From NCBI GenBank assembly GCA_028694155.1, contig JAQUTY010000008.1:14609-78608 (forward strand): a stretch of 64,000 nt of DNA. Reading direction: 5' to 3'. The notes beneath the pieces are model-generated. The model was not told the DNA's origin and did no database searches. It worked only from the letters and a program-made list of their open reading frames with translations. Source of the DNA: Eubacteriales bacterium. Lineage in GTDB: Bacteria > Bacillota > Clostridia > Christensenellales > CAG-138. Made by a program: the position numbers and the translations under genes. Of this stretch, positions 1-9,738 are shown in pieces. How positions within the stretch are numbered: position 1 is the first letter of the stretch; each line of letters starts with the position of its first letter.

Positions 1-1364
1 AGACCCGTCTGTGTTTCGGCTGCGGTGAATGCCCACGCATCATCAATCAAATACGGAATGGAATAGGTTCCGCTGGTCAGATTGCCGGAATCCTTGTTCA
101 GTGCTACAAACACGCCTGTGTGAGTTCCAAGGCTGGTGACCTGAACGTTGAAGGATGCACTTGCGTCCTCGGCAGTCAGATCCAGTGTGCCAAAATCGAT
201 AGATGCAGGAATTACATAGGTGTAAGGCTGCTCGATAATCTCGGTTACGGTGATGACAAAGGTTACGTTTGCCGACACGGTGTAGTTGTATACGCCTGCT
301 TCTGCGACCAACGCATTGGTGCCATCTGTAATGCTGATTAGCTCATAGTTCGCATCGGGAGTAATCGTAATTGTTACCTCGGTGCCATCTTCAACTGAGC
401 CACCATTGATTATGGGGGTGTCACCGTCCACAACAGATACTGTGTAACCGGTTCCGTCGTTCCATGCAACCGTAAAGTTGTTCACGGGAATGGCTTCAAA
501 GGTTACTGCGATTGTTGCGTCCGCTGTCAGCGCAAAGCTGGTGCCTGTGATGGCGGTTCCGTTGACTGTGATGGAAGCGACCTGATAACCCTCTGCCGGT
601 GTGGCGTTGACATAAACTGTCGTGCCCTCAACCACTTGGGAGCCGCTTGCAATGGCGTTGGTTCCGTCTGTAACGGTGAAAGTACCATTTGTTGCTGCGC
701 TATAGGTCACGGTGAAGGTTGTCTCCTCAATCGTTACGGCTGCAATGACGTTGGCATTGACGGTATCGTCTCCGGCAGGAGTGGGGGTGGGAGTGCTTGT
801 GGGGGAGGTGCCTTCCAGCTTGAGAATGTAGAGATCATCCGCCTGTGTGCCAGTATAGAAAGCGAAGTAGTCGTTTCCTGTTGTGTTGTTCAAGCTCAGA
901 TTACGGGTTATATCCGTTGTGGATGTAAATTGGAAGGTGCCGTCGACCGCTGTGTCATTATCTGTCAACGTCATGGTCATTCCGGTTTCGGTAAGAGTTC
1001 CGCTGTTGCCGCTTGTCCATGCCACATAGGTGCCAAGGTCGCTCTTGAGCAGCCAGTTTACACCCGATGCCTCAAGCGTCCACACCGCTGCAGCTGCAGG
1101 GTCGGTGATGTCTGCAATGGCGGATAAGCCTGAATCAACCGCCGTGAAACGCTTTGTTGTCGCCGTTCCCAAATCAGAGGTTGCGTAGTACAGATTTCCC
1201 GTTGAACGCTTTGCCAGCAGCATAATCTTGTCGCCGCTTGCAAGTTCGCTAAGTGAGGTGACCTGCTTATATGTGCCGGTCGCCGCATTGGAGGTAATCG
1301 CCATTGCGGGAAGCAAAGCAATAATCATTGCCAATGCCAAGAGTAAAGCCAGTTTCTTTTTCAT
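1..1364 (-). CDS. Large secreted/surface protein, N-terminal part (runs off window start)
   Basis: ATG at 1364 after AAGGAG; signal peptide MKKKLALLLALAMIIALLPAMA; PT-rich linker (GTSPTSTPTPTP) and Thr/Val-rich beta-repeat-like segments. Absent from the ORF track, presumably because the stop lies outside the window; only part of the frame was translated by hand. Confidence 0.75.
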   Translation of the reverse strand, partial: MKKKLALLLALAMIIALLPAMAITSNAATGTYKQVTSLSELASGDKIMLLAKRSTGNLYYATSDLGTATTKRFTAVDSGLSAIADITDPAAAAVWTLEASGVNWLLKSDLGTYVAWTSGNSGTLTETGMTMTLTDNDTAVDGTFQFTSTTDITRNLSLNNTTGNDYFAFYTGTQADDLYILKLEGTSPTSTPTPTPAGDDTVNANVIAAVTIEETTFTVTYSAATNGTFTVTDGTNAIASGSQVVEGTTVYVNATPAEGYQVASITVNGTAITGTSFALTADATIAVTFEAIPVNNFTVAWNDGTGYTVSVVDGDTPIINGGSVEDGTEVTITITPDANYELISITDGTNALVAEAGVYNYTVSANVTFVITVTEIIEQPYTYVIPASIDFGTLDLTAEDASASFNVQVTSLGTHTGVFVALNKDSGNLTSGTYSIPYLIDDAWAFTAAETQTG

Positions 1365-1421
1365 TGTGTTCTCCTTTTTTGTGTTCCTTATTTTCTACCG
1401 ACACAACAGTCGGCTTGAACC

Positions 1422-1967
1422 CTATTTATTGAAAGCCCAGCAGATGAGGGAATAAAGCGAAGAGGGCAGAGCGTCCATCACAACGCCGTTGAGCATGTAA
1501 TAGCTGTGATCGTTATAATACCAAGTGTTTTCCAGATGGACTAAAAAGCGCAGAATCGCTGATGCGTCCGCCGCTGTAACGGCATTGTTCCTGTCGGCAG
1601 GGTCGTCACTTGCCGTCCAAACGCCATCGACCTCGTGGCCTATGACCCAGTTTCCATAAGCGTCCTCACGAGTGTTGCTAAAGTTGCAATCACCCAGCGC
1701 AAAATTGCGGCCTGCATCTTCCCAGTTCTCAAGATGCACCAGCAGTCTTAAAATAGAGGCGGCATCGGCTGCGGTCAGCCCATCGTCCAAGTTCACATTG
1801 CCCATCAGCTTTTTCTCCTGCAGCGGCACTGGAATGACCACGGTTGCATTGACGGTGGAGGTCTGAGTGTCCTCACCGCCGTCCTCGGGTTCCTCGGTTG
1901 CAAATGTAGACAACGAAAAACTCAGAGCAAGAAGAGCGATTAGTAAAAATGAAACAATTTTTTTCAT
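1422..1967 (-). CDS. Secreted protein with dockerin-like (duplicated EF-hand) domain
   Basis: Signal peptide; two repeats GNVNLDDGLTAADAASILR and GDCN...VTAADASAILR. Confidence 0.75.
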   Translation of the reverse strand: MKKIVSFLLIALLALSFSLSTFATEEPEDGGEDTQTSTVNATVVIPVPLQEKKLMGNVNLDDGLTAADAASILRLLVHLENWEDAGRNFALGDCNFSNTREDAYGNWVIGHEVDGVWTASDDPADRNNAVTAADASAILRFLVHLENTWYYNDHSYYMLNGVVMDALPSSLYSLICWAFNK

Positions 1968-1976
1968 GTTATCCTC

Positions 1977-2525
1977 CTATCCCTTGGCGACAAGCGTGAA
2001 CTGCATACTGCTGCTGTTGGGATACAGTGCTTTTGTGTTAATATCATAGAAGTAGGTCAACAAACGAGCGTCATACTCGCCAACCTCCAATGGCTTGTTG
2101 AGGGTGATGCTGCCCAGCGTTTCGCCCGAAGCAACATACTCGCCTTTAGGAGTGCGGTACAGCTCAAAAATGTTTGTAATGTTGCCTGCATCATCAAAGG
2201 ACAACAGCTCGATAACAAAGGACATATAGCAGGCGTTCCCCTCAGGATTTACAAGAGCGACTCGCACATCAGTCTTGCCGGCGGCGACGTTCATCTTTGA
2301 GAACCCTGCAACCTGAAAGCTGGGAACAGACTGGGACATATCATAAGCATCATCGGGAATGACCACATCGGGAGTTGCGGTAGCGTTTGCATCGGGGCGA
2401 AGGTAACGATCATCGGGTGCGGCGGTGCGAACAAAGTCGGCAACGGAGTCCTTGTCGCTTTGACAGGAACAGCCCACAGTCAACACCATTAAAAGAGCCA
2501 AAAGCCCGACCAATAATTTTTTCAC
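1977..2525 (-). CDS. Hypothetical lipoprotein
   Basis: GTG start (VKKLLVGLL...), lipobox-like LTVGC. Confidence 0.7.
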   Translation of the reverse strand: MKKLLVGLLALLMVLTVGCSCQSDKDSVADFVRTAAPDDRYLRPDANATATPDVVIPDDAYDMSQSVPSFQVAGFSKMNVAAGKTDVRVALVNPEGNACYMSFVIELLSFDDAGNITNIFELYRTPKGEYVASGETLGSITLNKPLEVGEYDARLLTYFYDINTKALYPNSSSMQFTLVAKG

Positions 2526-2641
2526 AATAATACCCCGTGCAACGAATAATATATATGTTACCATTTGACAAAGAAAAAGTCAACTTAAACAAGACCAATA
2601 TTACAAACAATAGACGATTGAGCGATTTTTCAATAAAGTGC

Positions 2642-2670
2642 TTGCAATTTTTCGTTTGACATGTTACAAT
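2642..2670 (+). promoter_or_regulatory. Sigma-A promoter of tRNA-Leu
   Basis: TTGCAA-17 bp-TACAAT with extended TG, just upstream of the tRNA. Confidence 0.7.
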
Positions 2671-2679
2671 ACACTCTGC

Positions 2680-2766
2680 GCCGAAGTGATGGAATTGGCA
2701 GACGTGACGGACTCAAAATCCGTTGGTAGCGATACCGTGTGGGTTCGAGTCCCACCTTCGGCACCA
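2680..2766 (+). tRNA. tRNA-Leu (CAA)
   Basis: Acceptor GCCGAAG/CTTCGGC, anticodon arm ACGGA-CTCAAAA-TCCGT, long variable arm, GGTTCGAGTCC T-arm, encoded CCA. Confidence 0.96.
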
Positions 2767-2771
2767 ACAAG

Positions 2772-2808
2772 AAAACCACTTTTGTCTACCATGACAAAGG
2801 TGGTTTTT
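2772..2808 (+). terminator. Rho-independent terminator after tRNA
   Basis: AAAACCACTTTTGTC-loop-GACAAAGGTGGTTTT followed by T-rich tract. Confidence 0.75.
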
Positions 2809-2928
2809 GTTTTTCTCTTGTGCGATATTTAATCATAAAATATAATAACAGAGAGCAAAACGGAATACGAAGATTATTTATATTTTGCGTGTAACGCAAA
2901 ATGACTAAAGACTAATGGTGAAAGGTGA

Positions 2929-3297
2929 ATGACTATGGGTAACGATAGCGAATTGACACGATATTCAATAGATTTGGCTGTAAATATGGTTGAATATTAT
3001 AAGTGGCTCGTAAGTGAGAAAAAAGAATTTGTCATGTCAAAACAGATATTACGAAGTGGAACAAGTATTGGTGCAAATATTCATGAAGCATATTATGCGG
3101 TTAGCAAACCTGACTTTATTGCTAAAATGCAAATTGCTTTAAAAGAAGCATCGGAAACGGAATATTGGTTAATTGTTCTCGAGAAAACAGGATATTTTGA
3201 TGAGAGGTTCGATATAATTAAAAATCAATGTCAGTCATTGAAACGGATGTTGATTGCAACATTGAATACGAGTAAGGGGAATAAAAATGGAAATTGA
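2929..3297 (+). CDS. Four-helix-bundle protein (23S rRNA-IVS/bAvd-like family)
   Basis: Motifs QILRSGTSIGANIHEA and FIAKMQIALKEASETEYWL. Confidence 0.9.
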   Translation: MTMGNDSELTRYSIDLAVNMVEYYKWLVSEKKEFVMSKQILRSGTSIGANIHEAYYAVSKPDFIAKMQIALKEASETEYWLIVLEKTGYFDERFDIIKNQCQSLKRMLIATLNTSKGNKNGN

Positions 3298-3715
3298 GCG
3301 ATTTACAGGTGACATAGCAACATTAGAAATTTTGATGAAAGAATATAAGGATGCAATTGAAGAAGAACGGCTTAATGCCATACAGTATGCCCGTCTGCAA
3401 AAGGCTGTAAATAATAGTGAAATTGTTTTCTTTGTTGCGATGGATGAAAATCTACCTGTTGCTATGTGTTCAATCAGCAGAACCTTTTCTACCTTTAATT
3501 GTGCATTTAGCGGAGTGTTTGAGGACTTTTATATTTCTCCCCAATATAGAAAAAGCGGAATAGCAAGGATGTTGACAGATTATGTTTTTAGCTACTGCAA
3601 GTCCCAAGAAATCAATACTCTTTGGGTAGGATGTGCAGATTGTGACATAACGATGTACCAACATCTTGGGTTTGATATTCCCTTAGGCAATCTACTAACA
3701 TGGTCAGCAGAATAG
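3287..3715 (+). CDS. GNAT family acetyltransferase
   Basis: Acetyl-CoA motif FYISPQYRKSGIA; YQHLGF. Confidence 0.85.
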   Translation: MEIERFTGDIATLEILMKEYKDAIEEERLNAIQYARLQKAVNNSEIVFFVAMDENLPVAMCSISRTFSTFNCAFSGVFEDFYISPQYRKSGIARMLTDYVFSYCKSQEINTLWVGCADCDITMYQHLGFDIPLGNLLTWSAE

Positions 3716-3955
3716 TTCTTCACTATTCACCATTCGTCATTAGCCAATCTCCGCTTTAGCGGAGATTATGAGCATAACCCGCATACACAGTCGTTGGGCT
3801 GCGCACCTTTTTGGACGTTTCTGTCATATAATTAAAGAAGTCTTCGGGCTTCTTTTTCCTTTGGAATGATGTTGCCTGCGGACGTTATGCCTGATGCATT
3901 TTTGCATCTTGCTGCTTGTTTCTTGTTACATGGCTCAAGGAAGAAAATGCTACAC

Positions 3956-5101
3956 TTATAATAGCTTTAGCAGGAGCATGAATCCTGTTAGGATTATCAA
4001 AAAAGCAAAATTGAACGCTGAAAACAGTGCTATATAATGCTTCTTTTGATTGGGATAATGCCTTGTGTACTCTCTAAATGTAATCAAGCTGGCAAGCGAA
4101 GCGATTAACGTTCCCGTTCCGCCGATGTTCACTCCAACCAGCAAATCCGCATAATTGGTTGTGAATTGGGACAGCAGAATGGCCGAGGGAACATTGCTGA
4201 TTGCCTGACACGAAAGAATACTGAACAAAAGCGTACTTTTTTCCATCAGCCCTGATAAAAGGCGGTGTACCGATTCTATTCTGGACATATTCCCAGCAAA
4301 GATGAAGAAGAAAACGAAGGTGAACAGCAAGGGGTAATCTATTGTCATCAGTGCTTTTCTGTCCAGAAAAAGAAGTGAAACAGGAATTACTACCAAACCA
4401 ATCCAAAAGGGGATTCCTCTAAATACGATGGCAATAGCCAGCGCAAACAACGCCAAGTAAATCGCGGTTCGTCTGGGATTGAGCGAAACCTTTTGCTCAG
4501 GCAGAATTAGCGATTCGGGTTTTATAAACACGATACAGCATACTGTTATCAGAATAACAGAAAGGACAAAGGGAGGAGCCATTATCCCCATAAATTCCCA
4601 TGTCGGTATCCCAAATTTTGAATATAGATACAGGTTCTGGGGATTGCCAAACGGAGTCAACATTCCGCCCAAGTTCGCAGAAATATTCTGCATGATGAGC
4701 GTCACAGCCATATACTTTTCCTTGCCGGTTGTGGACAGCACAAAAAGCCCCAAAGGCAAGAACGTGAGCAACGCCATATCGTTGGCAATTAACATGGAAC
4801 CAATGAATGTAATATAGGCAAGTGCCAATACGCACATGCGTGCATTCCTAAAGAGCATGACAATTTTCCGTGCAAGAATGTAGAAAAAATTGATGTTTTT
4901 CAGTGCCCCAACTATTGCCAACACGCAAAACAGGCATGTTAGGGTCTTTACATCGAAGTAAGACAAGTATTCCTTGTCAGGCGGAACAAAGAATGCGGTA
5001 ATAAGTGCCGCAATGATTGCCACCAAAAGGATGACATTTTTCCTCAAAAAGTTCAGGATTGTCGCAAATAACGGCAAGGACTTCTTTTCCGATTCCTCCA
5101 T
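3956..5101 (-). CDS. SLC13/ArsB/NhaD-type anion (citrate-like) permease
   Basis: Hydrophobic; ANLGGMLTPFGNPQN and SNVP motifs. Confidence 0.85.
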   Translation of the reverse strand: MEESEKKSLPLFATILNFLRKNVILLVAIIAALITAFFVPPDKEYLSYFDVKTLTCLFCVLAIVGALKNINFFYILARKIVMLFRNARMCVLALAYITFIGSMLIANDMALLTFLPLGLFVLSTTGKEKYMAVTLIMQNISANLGGMLTPFGNPQNLYLYSKFGIPTWEFMGIMAPPFVLSVILITVCCIVFIKPESLILPEQKVSLNPRRTAIYLALFALAIAIVFRGIPFWIGLVVIPVSLLFLDRKALMTIDYPLLFTFVFFFIFAGNMSRIESVHRLLSGLMEKSTLLFSILSCQAISNVPSAILLSQFTTNYADLLVGVNIGGTGTLIASLASLITFREYTRHYPNQKKHYIALFSAFNFAFLIILTGFMLLLKLL

Positions 5102-5295
5102 CAGATATTCACACCATCCTAAATCTCAACAACATAATTTGCAGTCCTTATCTACAAATAAATATTCGTCGCTGATAAAGCAGCTCACAAACAATAATCC
5201 AATAAAACCATCTTGTCAAGCGCAAAAATTATCGCCGTATACCCCAAAATTACGACAACCCCTTTGCCTGTTATGACAAGGGGCTGCTGATTGTG

Positions 5296-6192
5296 TTATT
5301 TTGCTTTGCAGTTGCACTTAACCCTTACATCGCTGTCGCCCAAGAAGAAAAGAGCAAGTGCGCCCGGCCCGACATGCGCTCCGGTCACAGGCTCATAGCA
5401 AACCGTCAAAATCTCCTTTGGAGGCTTCACTTTGCTCAATAGCTCGGCGAGCTTTTGGGCGTCCTGCGGACAATCCGCATGTGCAATGCCGATCATCTGA
5501 CTGCACGGGTCGGTGGCGAATGCCTCGTACTTAGCTGCAAGCATCTCTATGGCACGTTTTCTGCCGATAACCTTGGAAAAGGCAACAATCCTGCCCAGAA
5601 CATCGCCCTTGAGAAGCGGCTTGATGTTCAATACTGTTCCTGCCACCGCCGTGATATTGGATATTCTGCCGCTTTTTTTGAGGTGCATCAAATCGTCCAC
5701 CATAAACACTTGGCACATGCAATGACGCATCGACAGCAGCAAATCCGCATTCTCGTCCAGTCCCATACCATCGGTTCGGTTTTGAATTGCCCTAAGAACA
5801 AGCAGACCCTCGCCCAGCGAAGCACCGTATGTATCTACCAAACGAATGTTGCGCTCCGGAAACTGTTCCTTTAGCTCCGCTGCGGCAAATTCTGCCGAGG
5901 AATAGGATCCGCTTATGCCTGACGACATTCCAACATACAGAATATCCTGTCCTTGCGAAAGCAGGGGGTAAAAAAACTCGACATATCGTTGGGGATTTAT
6001 CTGCGACGTAGTTACCGCAACACCCTTTCTGATGGAATTATAGTACTCTGCTCCGTCAAACTCCGAAATGTCAATGCAGCAGCGCTCCTCACCCTCTACA
6101 TAATATGAAAAAGGAACAACGGGAACGGCGTGGGGTTCGAGCATACTATATGGTAAATTTGCGGACGTATCCGTTACGATTGCATAACTCAA
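5296..6192 (-). CDS. DegV family fatty-acid-binding protein
   Basis: IVTDTSANL, TTSQIN, SSGISGS, LKKSGRI, HVGPG motifs. Confidence 0.93.
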   Translation of the reverse strand: MSYAIVTDTSANLPYSMLEPHAVPVVPFSYYVEGEERCCIDISEFDGAEYYNSIRKGVAVTTSQINPQRYVEFFYPLLSQGQDILYVGMSSGISGSYSSAEFAAAELKEQFPERNIRLVDTYGASLGEGLLVLRAIQNRTDGMGLDENADLLLSMRHCMCQVFMVDDLMHLKKSGRISNITAVAGTVLNIKPLLKGDVLGRIVAFSKVIGRKRAIEMLAAKYEAFATDPCSQMIGIAHADCPQDAQKLAELLSKVKPPKEILTVCYEPVTGAHVGPGALALFFLGDSDVRVKCNCKAK

Positions 6193-6333
6193 AGTTTTTC
6201 TCCTTATTTATCTAATGATTTATATTAGATTATCACGACTTAATTATTATGTCAAGCCGTGTACACTCCATATTCCCTTGCATATGACCGTAGATTGTGC
6301 TATTATAGAAAAAAATCACAGGAAGTACACATT

Positions 6334-6939
6334 ATGTTATACGATAACGCATTGGTTGCAGGAAAATTGAGACGGTGGGAGAAGTATCTCAACAGCTTTC
6401 AGCTTCCCCAATGGGAAGAAATACCTGATTTTGGTCTGTACATGGAGCAGGTCATCCAGTTGCTAAAGCAATATCTGGACTACCTTCCGCCCGAATTGAA
6501 GGAGGAGCAGTTCATCACGGCTGCCACGATTAACAACTATGTGCGAATCAAGGTTATGCCTGAGCCGCTGAAGAAGCGGTACCATCGGGTGCATATTGCC
6601 TACCTCATAATTATTCTTACGCTTAAACAAAGTCTGAACATCGCTTTGATACAAAAGATAATTCCCATGGATATTTCTGGAGAGGAGGTCGAGCAAATAT
6701 ATCGCGCATATGTGCGACAGCACAGGATTGCGGCTCGTTTCTTCACCGAGCAGGTTCGTCTTGCAGGTGCTGCAATCCTAAATCACGAGCGCACATCAGA
6801 ATTTGTAGTCGAGCAAACGAGCGATTTAATCACCAGCTCGGCAATTATCGGAGGATTTGCAAGAGTGCTGTCTGAAAAGCTGCTTCTGCTGGAGGGGAAA
6901 ACACTCGAAAACGGCGGCAGCATCGAGCCTCGTTCCTAA
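6334..6939 (+). CDS. DUF1836 family protein (putative regulator, commonly next to DegV)
   Basis: LPQWEEIPDFGLYMEQV and ITAATINNYVR motifs; divergent from degV. Confidence 0.8.
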   Translation: MLYDNALVAGKLRRWEKYLNSFQLPQWEEIPDFGLYMEQVIQLLKQYLDYLPPELKEEQFITAATINNYVRIKVMPEPLKKRYHRVHIAYLIIILTLKQSLNIALIQKIIPMDISGEEVEQIYRAYVRQHRIAARFFTEQVRLAGAAILNHERTSEFVVEQTSDLITSSAIIGGFARVLSEKLLLLEGKTLENGGSIEPRS

Positions 6940-6975
6940 CGCTGTAAAGAAAAGAATAAATGCTCATAACGATGC

Positions 6976-7039
6976 TTGACAACAAGGGGGAACGGCTGTA
7001 TACTGAAACAGTTGAATTTTCAACAGTTGCAATTTCAAC
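6976..7039 (+). promoter_or_regulatory. Sigma-A promoter plus tandem palindromic MarR-type operators
   Basis: TTGACA(6976)-17-TATACT(6999); palindromes GTTGAATTTTCAAC (7011-7024) and GTTGCAATTTCAAC (7026-7039) just before the marR RBS. Confidence 0.75.
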
Positions 7040-7052
7040 CTAAGGAGCAGGT

Positions 7053-7481
7053 ATGGACGTTACTTTGATAAATCTATTGGCAAAGTATGCCAAGGAATAC
7101 GGACATGCAAAAATTCGCCAAGCAGGAGTGACCGACACCGAGCATACAATTTGTACCTTTTTGTATTTTCACAGCGGTACATGTCAGGATATGCTTGCAA
7201 ACACGCTGATGCTCGACAAGACCACCGTGGCAAAGGCTCTTTTCTCGCTTGAGACACGGGGGCTGATTCTGCGATTGCAAGATCCCAACAACAGGCGAAA
7301 AAACATATTATCCATCACCCCAGACGGAAAAGCTGCTATCGGTCAGACAATAGGCATATACGATGAGTGGCTTGCTCGGATTATGGAGGTTCTTTCGCCA
7401 AAGGAGCAACAAGACTTTGAGCAATACTGTGACCGCCTGCTGGCAGAAGCTAAAAAAATCAATGAGGAGAAACAATCATGA
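7053..7481 (+). CDS. MarR family transcriptional regulator
   Basis: wHTH LDKTTVAKALFSLETRGLI...DPNNRR. Confidence 0.9.
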   Translation: MDVTLINLLAKYAKEYGHAKIRQAGVTDTEHTICTFLYFHSGTCQDMLANTLMLDKTTVAKALFSLETRGLILRLQDPNNRRKNILSITPDGKAAIGQTIGIYDEWLARIMEVLSPKEQQDFEQYCDRLLAEAKKINEEKQS

Positions 7482-8398
7482 GTTCATTTAAGAATCTTCG
7501 TATGGTGGATAATTTTTATCAAACATCGGCATTCTTCCCCATGCCGACCGTGCTTATTTCAACGCTTGCGGACGATGGAAGCACGACCATTGGGGCATAT
7601 TCGCTTTGCTTTCCGTACTACATAGCGGGGAAAAGCTACTATGCGATGCTGCTGGAGTGCCGCAACAGCTCCAACACAGCGCAAAATATACTCAAGCGTG
7701 GCGTATGCGCTCTCAACTTTTTAGATGACTCAAAAGATGATTTCCGTGAAACCGTCCGCCTTGGATTTCCGGGCGAAACGAGTGCCCAGAAGATGAAGGA
7801 CTGCAAGTTCGAGCTGGAAGTGGGGCAGAGCGAGGGCAAGCGTCCGCTGGTCATATCAAAAGCATTTCAGGTCATGGAGTGCAGTTGGGACGATTCACTT
7901 GAGAATGCGTTTGAGGATCGCACCCGTGTGGGTCAGCTTGACGGCATCGAACCGCCCTACCGCAGCTTCAACGGCATAACGAGCAAATTCGGATGTCATT
8001 TCATTCTTAAAATTGACAAGATGCTGATGAAGGAGCGTTTCTACAACGCCATCGTCAACGGCGTAAAAGCATCGGCGTTTCCCCATGTTCCCGTTGACTA
8101 TGGCTATCGTGACAGCACAAATTTCTGGTACACAAAATTCACTCGACCGATTGCAATGAAGATACCTGCCGCAAAAGAAGCGGATTTGACAGGCGTAGTA
8201 TACGCCGCCAATCGTATTGACGACAAGGTCAAATTTACCGAGGACGCATGTAAGATGATGACAAAGGTTCCCAGAGTGTTTTTGAAGGTCGCCCTTCAGG
8301 GTTGTGTAAACTGGGCTAGGGTGAACGGCGTCACGCTAATCACGCCCGAACACATGAAAATTATCAATGATAAACGTTCAAAGGAAAAGAGCAGATGA
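7478..8398 (+). CDS. Flavin reductase-like protein with C-terminal PCP_red-like domain
   Basis: PMPTVLIST...SNTAQNI split-barrel motifs; C-terminus FTEDACKMMTKVPRVFLK...ITPEHM. Confidence 0.65.
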   Translation: MSSFKNLRMVDNFYQTSAFFPMPTVLISTLADDGSTTIGAYSLCFPYYIAGKSYYAMLLECRNSSNTAQNILKRGVCALNFLDDSKDDFRETVRLGFPGETSAQKMKDCKFELEVGQSEGKRPLVISKAFQVMECSWDDSLENAFEDRTRVGQLDGIEPPYRSFNGITSKFGCHFILKIDKMLMKERFYNAIVNGVKASAFPHVPVDYGYRDSTNFWYTKFTRPIAMKIPAAKEADLTGVVYAANRIDDKVKFTEDACKMMTKVPRVFLKVALQGCVNWARVNGVTLITPEHMKIINDKRSKEKSR

Positions 8399-9738
8399 AG
8401 ATTTGCGTATTAAACGGTTCGCCAAAGGGCAAGTACAGCATCACGCTGCAAACGGTGCTGTATCTTGCTCAGAAGTTCCCAACCTGCAGCTTTGAATTTA
8501 TCAATGTTGGTCAGCGGATAAAGTCGTATGAAAGAGATATGAGTGAAGCCCTTGATGCAATCAGTCGGGCAGAGCTGCTCCTTTTTTGCTACCCCGTCTA
8601 CACCTTCATCGCACCCTATCAGCTCCATAGATTTATCGAGCTGCTCAAGGAGGCAAACATCGACCTTGGCGGTAAATATGCCGCACAAATCAGCACCTCA
8701 AAGCATTTTTACGATGTGACTGCGCACCAGTACATTCGGGAGAACTGCCACGACCTGCAACTGCGCTATCTGGGGGGACTGTCTGCGGATATGGACGATT
8801 TGTTAAGCCCCAAAGGTCGTGCGGATGCAGAAGCATTTTGGAAACACACCCTGTTCTGCGCCCAAAATGGCGTGTTTGATGCGCTGACTCCAAAGATGCA
8901 AGCCCTGCCTGTGTCGTATGAACCATTGGGCATGGAGGTTGACAAGAGGGGCGGCTTCGATACCGTTATTGTGACAAACCGTGAGCCGAACGATGACACT
9001 CTTGCGGCTATGATTTCGGACTTCGATGCCGTGTATCCGTTCAAAACACGGATTGTCAATATTGCAAAATACCCATTTAAGGGCGGTTGCTTGGGCTGCT
9101 TTGGCTGCGCTGCCGATGGCAGGTGCGTCTATAAGGACGGATTCGACAAGTTTTTGCGAGAGGAGATTCAAACGGCAAGTGCCATCGTGTATGCCTTCTC
9201 CGTCAAGGACCACTCGATGGGTGCGTCCTTCAAACAATACGATGACAGGCAATTTTGCAACGGGCATCGCACCGTGACGATGGGTATGCCCATGGGGTAT
9301 CTCATCTGCGGCGATTATTCAAATGAAAGCAATTTGCGCTTGATTATCGAGGGCAGATGTCAGGTGGGACAGAACTTCCTTGCAGGCTGCGCAACGGACG
9401 GGGAAGGGGTGCGCAAGCTGGCGAAAAACCTCAGCTATGCGTTGGAGAACAAGTATGTGCCGCCACAGAATTTCTTGGGTGTGGGCGGCATGAAAATCTT
9501 TCGAGACTTGATTTATCTGATGCGTGGCTTGATGAAGGCAGATCATAAGTTCTACAAAAAGCACGGCATCTATGATTTTCCGCACAAGAAGCTCGGCACT
9601 ATTATAAAAATGAAACTGCTGGGAGCTCTTGTCACAAACCCCAAGATAAAAGCCAAGATGGGCAACAAAATGAACGAGGGCATGATTGCCCCCTATCAAA
9701 AAGTAATTGAAAAGGCGAAACTAAATGATTTCAAATAA
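8395..9738 (+). CDS. Two-domain flavodoxin / NAD(P)H-dependent FMN reductase family protein with Cys cluster
   Basis: LNGSPKG start; CLGCFGC...C iron-sulfur flavoprotein motif. Confidence 0.8.
   Translation: MKICVLNGSPKGKYSITLQTVLYLAQKFPTCSFEFINVGQRIKSYERDMSEALDAISRAELLLFCYPVYTFIAPYQLHRFIELLKEANIDLGGKYAAQISTSKHFYDVTAHQYIRENCHDLQLRYLGGLSADMDDLLSPKGRADAEAFWKHTLFCAQNGVFDALTPKMQALPVSYEPLGMEVDKRGGFDTVIVTNREPNDDTLAAMISDFDAVYPFKTRIVNIAKYPFKGGCLGCFGCAADGRCVYKDGFDKFLREEIQTASAIVYAFSVKDHSMGASFKQYDDRQFCNGHRTVTMGMPMGYLICGDYSNESNLRLIIEGRCQVGQNFLAGCATDGEGVRKLAKNLSYALENKYVPPQNFLGVGGMKIFRDLIYLMRGLMKADHKFYKKHGIYDFPHKKLGTIIKMKLLGALVTNPKIKAKMGNKMNEGMIAPYQKVIEKAKLNDFK

Noticed and set aside
2680..2766. tRNA as the prophage attachment site
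   Set aside because: The prophage is 17 kb away, has no integrase and has transposon-type ends with a 5-bp duplication
2929..3297. Avd-like four-helix-bundle gene as part of a diversity-generating retroelement
   Set aside because: No reverse transcriptase and no template/variable repeat pair seen in the window; this family is commonly stand-alone
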